Shown: positions 23,388 to 37,060, numbered from the whole stretch's first letter. The stretch is DNA of 63,843 nt, filler included, from Octopus bimaculoides (GCF_001194135.2; 7 parts of 7 records of this genome joined end to end with filler, not necessarily neighbours in it); one strand, 5' to 3'. Notes: generated by a model from the letters alone, not told the origin. Numbers and translations are program-made.

Positions 23388-24004
23388 GTAGCAGGCGTTG
23401 ATAGACCGCAGGACAGGGAAGACATATTGTTCCCTGTTTCCTGTCCAGGCTTGTTTCTTCGCGTTCGCTAACACAACCTCATTTAAGCTTAGCCGCCCTT
23501 CTTGTTTGTTTTCACTGTTCTGTTTTTGTCCTGTGTCCACGTATGAATATGTATATACGTATACATGTAAGTATGTACGTATTCGTATGTATGTATGTAT
23601 ATGTATATATATANNNNNNNNNNNNNNNNNNNNNNNNNNNNNNNNNNNNNNNNNNNNNNNNNNNNNNNNNNNNNNNNNNNNNNNNNNNNNNNNNNNNNNN
23701 NNNNNNNNNNNNNNNNNNNNNNNNNNNNNNNNNNNNNNNNNNNNNNNNNNNNNNNNNNNNNNNNNNNNNNNNNNNNNNNNNNNNNNNNNNNNNNNNNNNN
23801 NNTATATATATATATATATTATTTATATTATTATATGATTGAACGCCACGCATCCTTTTCCAAGTAAGTTTTAGCTTAATAACTCCGATGCAACAATATT
23901 CTTCATATTACTCTTTTGTTTTCACCCTTCCTTTCTGTTTTTCTTTTACCTCCTCTTCTCCTACTTCTCTATCCTTTTGCTCTTTCGTTTTCTCTCTTGT
24001 TTTA

Positions 24005-25028
24005 TTTTGTTCTAGGGTTATGTGTGAAGATGTATGTGGGGTATTCTGAAGTCTGGTGTAGTATTTCGGTTGACTTCCCTTAATGTTCGTATGTCTATTT
24101 CCTTTGCTCGTTTAATGGCGTCATTTATTAATGGTATTGGGTAATGTCTTTTGATTAGTATTGATCTGAGTTCAAGGAGTCTTCGTTCACGAATATAGGT
24201 GTCCGAAACTATGGTACAGATTCTTTTCGCTATATTATAAGGTATATTAATTTTTATGGGTTTGGCCTGGCATGAGTTGAATAATAGGTACTGTTTAGAA
24301 TCTGTGGGTTTATAGAAGATGTCTGTTTCGATGTGGTTATTGACTATCATAATTAGGATGTCAAGAAAAGGGAGTTGTTTGTTGCTGTGCTCCATGGTAA
24401 ATTTATGTTGCTATTGACATTGTTAAGCATTATTTTGAAATCGAGGAGTTTGTCCATGCTATCTTTCCAAAGTATAAAGCAATCATCTAAATACCTCTTC
24501 CAGTTCTCCTTTAAATAGCATTGAAATGAGGTGCCATATTTTTGTAGTGATGATTGGTACATTTTAAGTTCTAGGTAACCCATTACAAGGTTCGCAATCA
24601 CTGGGGCAGCTCGGGTTCCCATTGCAATTCTACATTTTTGTCGATAGTAGACTGTATCGAACATGAAATAATTGTTCAGTAGGATGAATTTGAGTGCTGC
24701 GATTATGAATCTATGGTTGATGCGTCCTGGGATCTCTTCTGGGTATTTTTCTAGTCAGAAGGTGATTGCTTCTATACCATAATCGTGTGGGATATTGGTG
24801 TACAGGTTCACCACATCGAATGATACAAACAGGGTTCCTTCATTTATTGTCTTCGGGAGGTGGTTAAGCATGACTAAGTCATCCCTGATGAAGCTTTTCA
24901 CATATATTAGAAACGTGTTGAGTAAGATCTCGAGGAAGTTGCTCAAACCAGAAGTTGCAAGGCCAGAAATGATGGGTTTCAGTTTGAGGTCAGTAGGGTG
25001 GAACGCTAATGCATAGGCTTGGAGAAAC
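24005..25028 (-). pseudogene. Penelope-like element reverse transcriptase fragment (frameshifted, GIY-YIG part missing)
   Basis: SFDVVNLYTNIP, IAMGTRAAPVIANLVMGYLE, WKRYLDDCFILW, TDIFYKPTDSKQYLLFNSC and NIPYNIAKRICTI motifs across three ORF segments. Confidence 0.92.
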
Positions 25029-25711
25029 TTTATACACACACACACATACAGATACATATATATATATGTATAAATAAATATATGTATATATATATATATG
25101 TATANNNNNNNNNNNNNNNNNNNNNNNNNNNNNNNNNNNNNNNNNNNNNNNNNNNNNNNNNNNNNNNNNNNNNNNNNNNNNNNNNNNNNNNNNNNNNNNN
25201 NNNNNNNNNNNNNNNNNNNNNNNNNNNNNNNNNNNNNNNNNNNNNNNNNNNNNNNNNNNNNNNNNNNNNNNNNNNNNNNNNNNNNNNNNNNNNNNNNNNN
25301 NNNNNNNNNNNNNNNNNNNNNNNNNNNNNNNNNNNNNNNNNNNNNNNNNNNNNNNNNNNNNNNNNNNNNNNNNNNNNNNNNNNNNNNNTATATATATACA
25401 TGTATATGAATGCATATATGTGTGTGTACGTGTGTGTGTGTGTGTGTGTGTGTGTGAGTGTGTGTGTGTGTGTTTTTATATACTCAAACTTATATATGTA
25501 GATATATATACACATACATATATACAGATGTACATACACATGTAAAATGAATAGGTAAATAGAGGGAGACGTAGAGAGATAAGCAATGAAAAAGAAATAC
25601 AAATAAAAACACGGATCAATTCATAACTACACATAAGTTGAAACAAAAGCTCTCAAATGGCTTAATCAATAGTTAGAGAGTGAGGGAGGTGAAAGAGAAT
25701 GTGCGAGAGCG

Positions 25712-25750
25712 AGAAATAGATAGATAGATAGATAGATAGATAAATAGATG

Positions 25751-25809
<59 letters not shown>

Positions 25810-25810
25810 G
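25712..25810. repeat. (AGAT)n microsatellite
   Basis: Seen directly. Confidence 0.95.
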
Positions 25811-25989
25811 GTAAGGGGAGAGAGACGATAGCTTATAAATGAAGTTCCATTGCAACATGCCTTTCCAGTTTACCAATAAGCAGGTCACATACTTCCATTA
25901 CAAAAGTAATTACTTACAACTACATACCATCTAAATTTTACTTTCACACACATTTAGACATCTGTTTGATTCTTATTTTCTTTATTGTT

Positions 25990-26311
25990 CTCGCTTTGCT
26001 TTCAACATTGATGGCAGACCTCGTCAGAGTAATGCGAAATGTCTCCTGCATGTGCGACCCTACAGAATTAAAGAGACATATACAACATTTTGTCCACCGC
26101 ATGCAGTTCTCAGGTTACAGCCATAAAGAAAGGATCAGGGTATACAAAGGAGCTATGAAGAAGTTTGAAACAATCAAACGCAACGATAGGAATGGGATTT
26201 GCCCACTCTATAGGAGCAAATCATGGAACACCATAGAAAGGACTAAGAAGAAAATAGGGAAGGCAAGCTCATGGTACGATAGCCACAAGTACCAGAGCGT
26301 CATGTTCGTCG
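25990..26311 (+). pseudogene. Second Penelope-like element fragment (post-RT thumb/linker region), stop-free up to the gap
   Basis: RMQFSGYS..ERIRV..G..PLYRSKSW...ER..K....WY....YQSVMFV resembles PLE RT C-terminal motifs as recalled. Confidence 0.65.
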
Positions 26312-26411
26312 NNNNNNNNNNNNNNNNNNNNNNNNNNNNNNNNNNNNNNNNNNNNTTAATTAATTAANNNNNNNNNNNNNNNNNNNNNNNNNNNNNNNNN
26401 NNNNNNNNNNN

Positions 26412-26476
<65 letters not shown>

Positions 26477-27119
26477 AAAACGTTCACTCGACCTTAGTAA
26501 TATTCAATACACAGAAAACCAATTCAGTTCTCACGTCTTACAAGAATCTCACGTCAACATTTAAACATGTTCCGTATATTTATCTACCCTTTCAACAGAA
26601 TACCTACGCAATTTTACTATTGTCTCAGAATCTATTTAAAACTAGACGCAAATAATAATAAAATCAGATAGTTTTCCATATAAGAAATTATATTTCTTCT
26701 AAGAAATATATATTAAATCAGTCATAAACAAAATTACCCGTAGACAGACGTCAACTACAAAGACATTAAAACTGTATGTGTTTGTGTCTGCTTTAACAAC
26801 TGTGACTCTGTGTATTCGTCTGTCTTTTGAAGTCGATAAATATGTAAAGATGAAATAAACGTGCCAGTATTTCAACCACTGAGGATTTCTAATCTTTAAG
26901 AAGATAACTTTTACAGAATTTAACAGACAATAACAATGATTTGTTACATTGATATAAGACTTCTGTAAGTGTGTAGAGAAGAGCACTATAGCCGAGCCCG
27001 GTACGTGCGATTCCTAGGTACTTTTTAAAATCAATATTGGGTACAAAGAGTATTGGGTAAACACGAACGGAGTATGATTTCAACTTAGATATTTACTTAT
27101 GTATTTATCGATTCACAAG

Positions 27120-27445
27120 AATCGTTTATCACGCCGGACAAAATACTTAGCGGCATTTCGTCTGTCTTTACGTTCTGATTTCAAATTCCACCGAGATCGA
27201 TTTTTTTCCTTTCGGCCTTTCGGGGTCGATGAAATAAGTACCAGTTACGCACTGGGTCGATGTAATCGACTAGTCCCCTCCCCCAAAATTTCAGGCCTTG
27301 TGCCTATAATAGAAAGGATTCCTTCGGGGTCGATAAAATAAGTACGAGTTGAAACTATTATTATTGTTATTATTATTATTATTATTCGATGTAATCGACT
27401 AGCCCCCTCCCCAAAAGTTTCAGGTCTTGTGCCAATAGCAGAAAT
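27120..27445 (+). mobile_element. SINE family B plus a partial repeat of its 3' part
   Basis: ccttcggggtcgat(g/a)aaataagtac twice; gatgtaatcgactag..ccctcccc twice. Confidence 0.75.
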
Positions 27446-27467
27446 TATTATTATTATTATTATTATT

Positions 27468-27849
27468 CAGTAGTTTTATTTTTATAACGTGCTTTCACTT
27501 CACTACCGAGCGCAGCTCTGTGCGCCTTGGGTATGTGCTGTGGTTTGCTGTGGTGCTCTTATGTTTACTGTATTGAAAGTGTTTTGCGTAGAATGTGTGC
27601 AGTACCCAGTAGTGCAATTTTCTGTATGTTATATATATTTGTAAGTCCTGGTGTTTTTGTTATGTATTTGTCTGAATATTTTTTTATTATACCTAAGGCA
27701 CCTACTATGATAGGAATTGTTTCTGTNNNNNNNNNNCTCTATCTGTGTGTATTGGCATATCCCAGAGTATGGTTGCTTTCTCGTTTTCTGTGACCTTTTC
27801 TGGCGTGTGTTTATACCATCTTTTTTCTGTTGCTATTCCATAATGTTGG

Positions 27850-27850
<1 letters not shown>
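27468..27850 (-). pseudogene. R4/Dong-clade (restriction-like endonuclease) LINE 3' end
   Basis: WYKHTPEKVTENEKATILWDMPIHTDR [gap] ETIPIIVGALGIIKK...IQKIALLGTAHILRKTLSIQ* (stop 27567-27565), short 3' UTR, (AAT)n tail. Confidence 0.85.
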
Positions 27851-27911
<61 letters not shown>

Positions 27912-27914
27912 GCT

Positions 27915-28322
27915 AGTTAGCAGAATCGTTAGTTCGTCGAACAACATACTTAACAGCATTTATTTCGGCTCATTTACCTTCTGAGTTCAAATCCCGCTTT
28001 ATGGGATCGAGGAAATAAATACCAGTTGAATACTGGTTCGACATAATCGATTAACCCCCGACACCTTAAAATTGTTAGCTTGTGGCAAAATTCGAAACCA
28101 TGAAATGCGTTGAACTGAAGAATGGTTAGCGGCGTCGGACAAAATACTTAACGGCATTTCTTCTAGTTCTTTACTTTCTCAGTTAAAATTCCGCTGAGGT
28201 CGACATTGCCTTTCATCCTTTCGGAGGTCGATGAAATAGGTACCAGTTGAGCACTGGGTCGATATAATCGACTAGCTCTTTCCCCCGAATTTTCTGGCCT
28301 TACACCAAGAATTTGAAATCAT
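27915..28322 (+). mobile_element. Two tandem decayed SINE B (B3) copies
   Basis: gctagttagcagaatcgttag.. at 27911 and ggttagcggcgtcggacaaaatac.. at 28125, each with the core and tail. Confidence 0.7.
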
Positions 28323-28977
28323 TATTTCTAACATAAACTCGGTGTTTGAAATTTGTAGAGAGGAAAGAGAAGTCGTTTAAACTCATTTCAGTAATTGACT
28401 GGGATTAATTTAATCGACAATTTTTGGGAGGGAGCCATTGATATATCACGTCCTACTCCGTCACTGGTCTTTAATTTAAAATGTATAAAAAGAAAAGTTG
28501 ACCAGACCTGAACTCAGAAATAAACGTATACAACTAAATAGTGTGTTATTTTGACGCGCGTTCTTGCGTTCACGCCACTTCTACATCATTTCTCTGAAAA
28601 CGATATAGCTTTATTTATATAAATATTAGCATGTTGAAAATGCTTCGGGCCCTCAGGTTACCCCCAACAACAAAAATCTTCGAAGATAAAAAAAAGAAAC
28701 TAAGGATCTTTACCCTTTGAACGGCACATCGAGAAATTAATTTTTTGTAACTAAACACTTTCAAACTTCGGACACTGGTAGAATGTGTCATATAAAACAT
28801 CGTTTACTCATAGTGCTATTGAGAAAAGTTTGTATTTTCAAAGTTATTTCGTGTTAAAGTTGTCATATTTCGGTAATTTCAACCAATCAATGACGTGTAT
28901 CCAGCTGAATAAAATTACTGCTGTTGTTTGTCAACAACAACTTCCGGCGGTGTATATTTCGTTTGTCACTGTTATTT

Positions 28978-29017
<40 letters not shown>

Positions 29018-30290
29018 AAGACAACGCTCGTTATTATATTAGGAGATTATACATCCATCTAAAACAACAGGATTACTAAAGGAAGACCGGAAATTAAGAC
29101 CACGATACAGAATGCATTTCATTACAATCATAATTTTTACGTTCAATTACGTTTCTCTACCAAAGTTCCTGTTGCATTTCAACCAGTGTTTCCAAAACTT
29201 TTACGTAGCGACTCCCAAAGACTTACCGACATGTGTGCGCTCAAATCATACAAATATTTTCATTACCCAGGCGTCACACACACACAGCATTACAAACACG
29301 ACCTGCACACCCACTTGCACATTCTATGACTCTCATTGGGATCGACCAGGTATCGAACAAGGTACATGGATTATTTTTCCGTGTGAAAGCGATCGGGTTC
29401 ATTTTTAGTATTCTCGTTTGTGAGAGCTGTCGATTTTATTTCAGATATTCTCATTTTAAAAATCATCTCCGGTTAATCGTTGAGAGAACGTTGGTATTGC
29501 GTTGGCGGAGGTTTGCACTCTCTGAGTGATCTTCTTTAATTTGCTTTCTCAAATATTTGTTTTAAACATTTTTTTAATTTTAAAAAATCTATGATTTGAA
29601 GTTTCACTTTCAAATTACAGCACTTTCGTTCTCGAAGAAATAGATTGCAGAATCTAACCATTTCCGAAGGATGCCGACAAATTGCAAGCATTTTTCAATT
29701 TAATTTAGATTCCAATTTCACCCATTCTGTGTATTGCTATAGAGTAAGTATTGCTAAAAGCTTGTATGATTTCATATACATGCACCTCTGTGCATTTGTA
29801 TGTGTATATAAGAGTGATTATGTGGGATTCTTTGGACAATCTCTATACCCAAGGTCAACAAAAAACATTTAATGATATTTTTAAAATATTTAAATTTAGA
29901 AATGTTTGTTTTATATTTTTATTTATAGAAATCTCAATTTCAAAATCAGCAACGAAACTACTGTAGCAATGCAGCAGAAATAATCCTATTTATAAGACGT
30001 TAATGCAACTTATTGCATAACTTCAGATAATTTTTGTCAAATATTTCGTATTATTAAATAAAATGAAGTCTTAGAAAAAAAACGCTTTAATTTGATACAT
30101 GTAAATTTTAGAATCTGAGGAAACAATTTTCGTTAGAAAGCTCTCTTTTTTTTTTTTTACAATAAGAATATAATCGTGTTTCTTTTTGATGTTGTAATTG
30201 TTTATGTTGTTGCTTACGTTGATGTTGTTTTTGTTGCAGTCGACTTTGTTCGAACAGATCTCTGGCACATAGATTCCTTTTCTATGTATA

Positions 30291-30505
30291 CGAGGGCTGT
30301 CCAAATAGAACTGGACTCCTTCAAAATATTCTATTCCTCTTTTGATGCATCGCTTCAACGTTTTTAGCTATCTTTTTCGTTTAGGAACACACCTTGGAAC
30401 GCGTTTTCGGGGTTAATGGAATTTTCGCATGGCGAATTTTTTTTATCTCTTTTATCGTCTGATTTCTACGGCCTTTCAGGATGGATTTCAAGTTTGGAAA
30501 GTTGC
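30291..30505 (-). pseudogene. Mariner transposase C-terminal fragment with TIR
   Basis: FPNLKSILKGRR..TIKEIK, NAFQ and KRCIKRGIEYFEG; TIR cgagggctgtccaaa preceded by TA at 30289-30290. Confidence 0.8.
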
Positions 30506-30694
30506 CTTGTGCTTTGTCAAGAAAAGTAACGAATAATGAGTGACACTTAAACAGTTTCTTCCCGAGGTGCAGCATACGAATTCTGTTTCTCCATACATAC
30601 TTTAGGCCCTCTTCATTCGCTTTACATCTTTTAAACGTCTCAGAGCATCCAAGTAAAACTGCTTACTGGTGGTCTAAGCACTTAGGATAAACCC

Positions 30695-30791
30695 GAATAT
30701 TTACTAATACCACCGAGATCTGCACCCGCGGTCGGCTTTACCCGGGCTCACGTCCGCGACTTCCATACACACCGCGGAGCCCTCCTACTCG
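30695..30791 (-). rRNA. 28S rRNA fragment (dispersed pseudogene)
   Basis: Reverse complement matches the conserved LSU stretch CGAGTAGGAGGG...GGGTGCAGATCT(C/T)GGTGGTA.TAG.AAATATTC. Confidence 0.8.
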
Positions 30792-31639
30792 ACCGTGCAT
30801 CGGAAAGTCGCCTCACCCTTCCACTCGGAGGCGTAGCCAGGTTTTAAATTTAGAGCGAGCGAGCACATAAAGAAAAAGGCGCCGTGACACATACCAAGAA
30901 CAATTTTTAACTCATTTCTCTTACATTAAAAGAAATATTTCATTAGTTAAAATATATATAATCGTATTCTACATTCATTAATTTCATGTTTCAATAACAA
31001 TGTCATTACGTATGAAATTTACAACTATTGATATAGGTGTGACGTAAAAAAGATGAAACTCCACGAGATCGTCCAGTGTCAAAAGGTTATGACGTCAGGG
31101 TTTGTTTCGGTTCTTTAGATGTCAGCGGCCACCAACACATCACAGGAGATTGAACAGACAGTTCAAAAGCACAGGAGGTTGGTCAAATAAAACAATAACT
31201 CCAGAAAGTTCTTCCAAGACCATGCGATTAGCAAAAAAAAAAAAGAGATTCGACTTTTATCGCACAGGTGAATTAAAGAGTTTTTTTTTAATTAATTGTT
31301 GAATAAGGTGCTAATTTTGAAAATTGTGCTCCGGAGCACGCGCCCTTCTTGCTCCGTTATTAGCCACACCATTGCTTCAATTCATTAGAATTAACATCAT
31401 CTACCCATTTTAATGACTCTGACGTAATTTCATTTGGTTGCGATGACGATGATCCAATCCACTGTAATGACCAAAATTTTGTTTCAACATTGCAGCTGTA
31501 AAACCACGTTTGGCTACAACACTTTTTCGTAGGTTTTCATCAGCATTCGAATTATAATTACCACCTGGCTTCCATCTGACTTACTCAGTTTCTCTTTTCG
31601 TTCACAAATGATGCGTCATCCCAATACGTGATATTGCAG

Positions 31640-31865
31640 TCTCAATTCCCGAACAGGGTAGTGCGATGTATTCTTGAATAAAACATTTCATTTCACATTA
31701 GTCCATTTCACTCAAATGTAAATGAGTAATAGCTGGGACGTTTACGCTGCGACAGACCACACAGGCGACCCGTTCTGAAGTGTGGGGAATGTTAAAATCT
31801 TGTTTACCTATACGCCATAGAAACCAGGTTCATCTCCAGCATTATGAGTCCTTTGGCCTATGGGA
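31640..31865 (+). mobile_element. SINE with C2 tail, decayed
   Basis: Core cttgaataaaacatttcatttcac and tail gctgcgacagacc..catagaaaccagg. Confidence 0.6.
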
Positions 31866-32241
31866 GTCCTAAATCTTAGTAGCCCTTATCTTCCTGGACT
31901 TAACCTCAAAGCAGCGAAGCTGTTCAGAAAGGTCAGACGCACTACAAGAAAAGAGTGCTGTCTAATCTTCTTTGAGACAAATTACAAATATTCTGAAAAG
32001 AACTAATGTCAAATAATTCCTAATAAGGTTTACAGTGCACTAGTTCCCCAGCTTTAGAATTTCTATTTCTATGTGCCTGTGCTCTGTTGCTAGAGAGACA
32101 TTGAAACGACGCAGGGTTCATCTCCCCTTTTGACTGGTCTTATATTTGTGGTTGTTCATCGAAGCCAACGCCTAACCGTGAGACAAATTGTGCTGGTTTA
32201 TATGATGCCAGTAACATTCCAAGCGACCCCATATATACATG

Positions 32242-32274
<33 letters not shown>

Positions 32275-32708
32275 NNNNNNNNNNNNNNNNNNNNNNNNNN
32301 NNNNNNNNNNNNNNNNNNNNNNNNNNNNNNNNNNNNNNNNNNNNNNNNNNNNNNNNNNNNNNNNNNNNNNNNNNNNNNNNNNNNNNNNNNNNNNNNNNNN
32401 NNNNNNNNNNNNNNNNNNNNNNNNNNNNNNNNNNNNNNNNNNNNNNNNNNNNNNNNNNNNNNNNNNNNNNNNNNNNNNNNNNNNNNNNNNNNNNNNNNNN
32501 NNNNNNNNNNNNNNNNNNNNNNNNNNNNNNNNNNNNNNNNNNNNNNNNNNNNNNNNNNNNNNNNNNNNNNNNNNNNNNNNNNNNNNNNNNNNNNNNNNNN
32601 NNNNNNNNNNNNNNNNNNNNNNNNNNNNNNNNNNNNNNNNNNNNNNNNNNNNNNNNNNNNNNNNNNNNNNNNNNNNNNNATATATATATATATATATACA
32701 TATACATA

Positions 32709-32870
32709 CGTAGGCTTAGCTGTGTGGTAAGAAGCTTGCTTTTTGGCCACATAGTACCGGTTCAGTCCTACTCTGTGGCATCATGGGCGAATGTCTTCTT
32801 CCAAAGCCTTGGACAGATCAAAGCCTTGTGAGTGGATTTGGTTTACGGAAACTGAATGGAACCCGTTGTA
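32709..32870 (+). mobile_element. SINE family A, 5' half
   Basis: gctgtgtggtaagaagcttgc...caaagccttgtgagtggatttgg. Confidence 0.8.
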
Positions 32871-32872
32871 TA

Positions 32873-32916
<44 letters not shown>

Positions 32917-33350
32917 TGTGTGTGTGCGTATGCATGTGTGCGTATGCACGTGCGTGCGTGTGAGTGTATACATATTTCCGTATGTATGTATCTAATGTAT
33001 TGTATGTGTATATGCATGCATATGGGTTTGGTGTGTGAGTGTATGGATGTATGTGTGTACATAAATACATACGTGCATACATACATACATACATACATAC
33101 ATACATACATACATACATACCTAGCTGGCGTTGTCTGCGTTCTAATCAAAATGCATTGCTCCTAGGTTAGAACCTGTTTTTTCACCACTGGTGAGAAATA
33201 AAAAAAAAAAACCNNNNNNNNNNNNNNNNNNNNNNNNNNNNNNNNNNNNNNNNNNNNNNNNNNNNNNNNNNNNNNNNNNNNNNNNNNNNNNNNNACACAC
33301 ACACACACATATATATATATATACATATATATATATACATACACACACAC

Positions 33351-33407
<57 letters not shown>

Positions 33408-33408
<1 letters not shown>

Positions 33409-33560
33409 GGCGTTAGGAAGGGCATCCAGCTGTAGAAACTCTGCCAAATTAGACTGGAGCCTGGTGTTGCCATCCGGTTTCACCAGTCCTCAGTCAAATC
33501 GTCCAACCCATGCTAGCATGGAAAGCGGACGTTAAACGATGATGATGATGATGATGATGA
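33408..33560 (+). mobile_element. SINE family J, 3' part
   Basis: ggcgttaggaagggcatccagctgtagaaac...ggacgttaaacgatgatgat. Confidence 0.88.
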
Positions 33561-33781
33561 TATATATATATATATATATGCTGTTTTCACTGCCAATTAT
33601 GTATGAATGTAATTTCTTCACTGTAAAGAAATTATGGAACTCATAACATTCCGTAACAACCAAGGTATAAAAATACCAGTTCTCGAAATATTACTGTGAG
33701 TTCAATAACACCTTTCTTTTCATGTATTGAATATATTTTATAAGAGAATACATGCATGCATATATACACATGTTTATGCAT

Positions 33782-33820
<39 letters not shown>

Positions 33821-34839
33821 ACATATGCATATATATGTTTTAATGTATATATAAATGCCCATATATACATATTATATATATGCATATATATGTATGCATG
33901 TGTCTGTAGATGTATGTATGCATGTATGTATATATGTATGTGTGTATATTTATATATATTATATGTATATATATATATATTTACATATATATAAAATGTG
34001 TGTGCGCGCTCACTACAGTGCTCTTCGTTCATTTTCAATAATTTCATTTAGTCTTAGCCTTTTTTTTTTTCTTCAATTATCTCGTTGTTATATAGCTTCG
34101 GTTGTCACTAGATTTGTATAACTAACATTATGCAAAAATATTGCAAAGCTTGGTTATGGAATCCATGACTCAACATTGAAACTGATAAGTTCTTCCATTT
34201 CCCAATGGATTTTTACTTGCTAACATTTCTAATCATTCATTGACAAAAGAATGATTAGAAATTCTAACATTATTCGATTATAAGAGACACAGGGCCCAAC
34301 ATGCAATTTATTCATATACAAGTTTAGATTAATTGTACGAAATACATATTACTTAAAATATAAAGATATAACGTATACGTTTAATAATTATAATGCGGAC
34401 GCCAATCGAAATCGACAATGACTTAGTGTCAGCTTGTAGCATACTTTTGCTGGTGGTTTGTGTGCATATATGTAGTCATAAGCAGAAACAGACACACACA
34501 TATACACTCACACATATATACACCCATATATGTTTACACACACACACATACACACACACACAAACATATATATACACATACACATTCACACCCACAGACG
34601 TATCTAAACGCATATACACCTACATGTAACCGAAACACCTCTCTGCATATTCTGATGAAATAGATGAATATGTAATGCGAATTCTAATGGGTTTTTCAGC
34701 AACAAATTTATGACATAACTCGATGAACTTTTGACTACATGCCAGTACGTCCGTAATTATGTTTGCTTATATATTGTCACATTGCTTCCTTGTTTCTGCT
34801 TCATCTTTTAACAATCGACGGCATGAACTACTGCATATC

Positions 34840-34877
<38 letters not shown>

Positions 34878-35726
34878 NNNNNNNNNNNNNNNNNNNNNNN
34901 NNNNNNNNNNNNNNNNNNNNNNNNNNNNNNNNNNNNNNNNNNNNNNNNNNNNNNNNNNNNNNNNNNNNNNNNNNNNNNNNNNNNNNNNNNNNNNNNNNNN
35001 NNNNNNNNNNNNNNNNNNNNNNNNNNNNNNNNNNNNNNNNNNNNNNNNNNNNNNNNNNNNNNNNNNNNNNNNNNNNNNNNNNNNNNNNNNNNNNNNNNNN
35101 NNNNNNNNNNNNNNNNNNNNNNNNNNNNNNNNNNNNNNNNNNNNNNNNNNNNNNNNNNNNNNNNNNNNNNNNNNNNNNNNNNNNNNNNNNNNNNNNNNNN
35201 NNNNNNNNNNNNNNNNNNNNNNNNNNNNNNNNNNNNNNNNNNNNNNNNNNNNNNNNNNNNNNNNNNNNNNNNNNNNNNNNNNNNNNNNNNNNNNNNNNNN
35301 NNNNNNNNNNNNNNNNNNNNNNNNNNNNNNNNNNNNNNNNNNNNNNNNNNNNNNNNNNNNNNNNNNNNNNNNNNNNNNNNNNNNNNNNNNNNNNNNNNNN
35401 NNNNNNNNNNNNNNNNNNNNNNNNNNNNNNNNNNNNNNNNNNNNNNNNNNNNNNNNNNNNNNNNNNNNNNNNNNNNNNNNNNNNNNNNNNNNNNNNNNNN
35501 NNNNNNNNNNNNNNNNNNNNNNNNNNNNNNNNNNNNNNNNNNNNNNNNNNNNNNNNNNNNNNNNNNNNNNNNNNNNNNNNNNNNNNNNNNNNNNNNNNNN
35601 NNNNNNNNNNNNNNNNNNNNNNNNNNNNNNNNNNNNNNNNNNNNNNNNNNNNNNNNNNNNNNNNNNNNNNNNNNNNNNNNNNNNNNNNNNNNNNNNNNNN
35701 NNNNNNNNNNNNNNNNNNNNNNNNNN

Positions 35727-35793
<67 letters not shown>

Positions 35794-36329
35794 CGTGTGT
35801 TTGCTTGATCATCACTAATTCGGCATCATTGGAACCTGGATGTGCCAGATTAACGATTTTGCTGAATTACAGAGTGGTTGTACGTAACTCAACGGTTAAC
35901 CACCTCATGTTACCATTACGTTATTCTCCGTAAATAAATCTGAGTTGACTAATAAAAAAGGGAAAAAAAGAAGCAGTTAATGAAAATTAAACTTAATTCA
36001 TCCAAAAATGTCGCTTCCAAAACATTTACAACTAAGCATATCTACGTGTCTTTAGGCGAAGGACTGTCAATGACTGGCGACTTCTTGGGGTGAAGGGGTT
36101 CTTATACTCCCTGTTTTAGAGGGAGTATAAGTTACTCTTACCTAAGATATCAGGAACTGATGATGATGGCGTTGGTGCATTTAGAGGAGCAAATGTTGAA
36201 ACCACTGGATTTTCATGCGATGCGTTTCCTATTTCATGTTTTTCATTTATTTGTTTGAACGTATCATCCAGGCTTAGCTGTGTCATATATTTTGGTCTTT
36301 CGTTGATTAGTTTATCCTGCAACATGTAA

Positions 36330-37060
36330 ACTTTTCATTATTTCTTAATCGTTTATAAAACTGCGTTACTCTAAATATTTTAGCAGATCACCTGTTAACT
36401 GAATTAATCTATTGATAGAAACTATCAGCAACGTCTTCTTCATCGTCATCACTACTCTCATCTGTGATGCATTAGTTTATCACTGCAGACTTTAAAACCA
36501 TCTGCACAGTTTCTGAGTCAGTATAATGAGGAACTGCGATTGCATCTTCATCTACATTATTCAACATTATTTTCATCCATCTCGATGCAAGATCCTTTGC
36601 AGTAGGATTAGATAAAAACCGAGCATAAGATCAATTAATTTTACTGGTCCTTTTTCCTTTTTCTTTCAAACTCTAAATACTGTAAAGTCATATCGTCTTC
36701 ATGACATGCAGACTCAAACATCAACTCTAGTCACAATTTATGCCATTCATTTTTCAGTCTGGATGCTTTTACAGACCTTTAAGTATAAACAACTCTGTAA
36801 ACTATATCTTTTACATTAAAATCTTTAAGAGACTTACGTACTGGTCTGCCAGACTGAACTGCACTCAGTAGAAACTTCATGAAACTGTGTAATATTTAGA
36901 CTTAAAGGAATATAGTATGAAATTGTTCTAGAGTCGGATTAATGGTGGGTAGTTAGATGTGAGGCAAATGCAAATATGAAAATTGTTTCTAAGCCAAGTT
37001 TATATGTGGAATAGCTGTTTAAAACAAACATTAGCATACAGTTGTACAGTTGTGAATTAA
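36330..37060 (-). pseudogene. Decayed Tigger/pogo (DDE_1) transposase
   Basis: Manual translation: SFKSKY, KSLKDFNVKDIVYRVVYT*RSVKASRLKNEWHKL, then an acidic tail DESSDDDEED; several stops and frameshifts. Confidence 0.55.

Noticed and set aside
31525-31545. CUGAUGA..GAAA on the minus strand
   Set aside because: The intervening AAACCUAC cannot form stem II.
34759-35818. Long ORFs through N runs and YI/HT/CV-repeat ORFs throughout the track
   Set aside because: They are artefacts of gaps and dinucleotide repeats.
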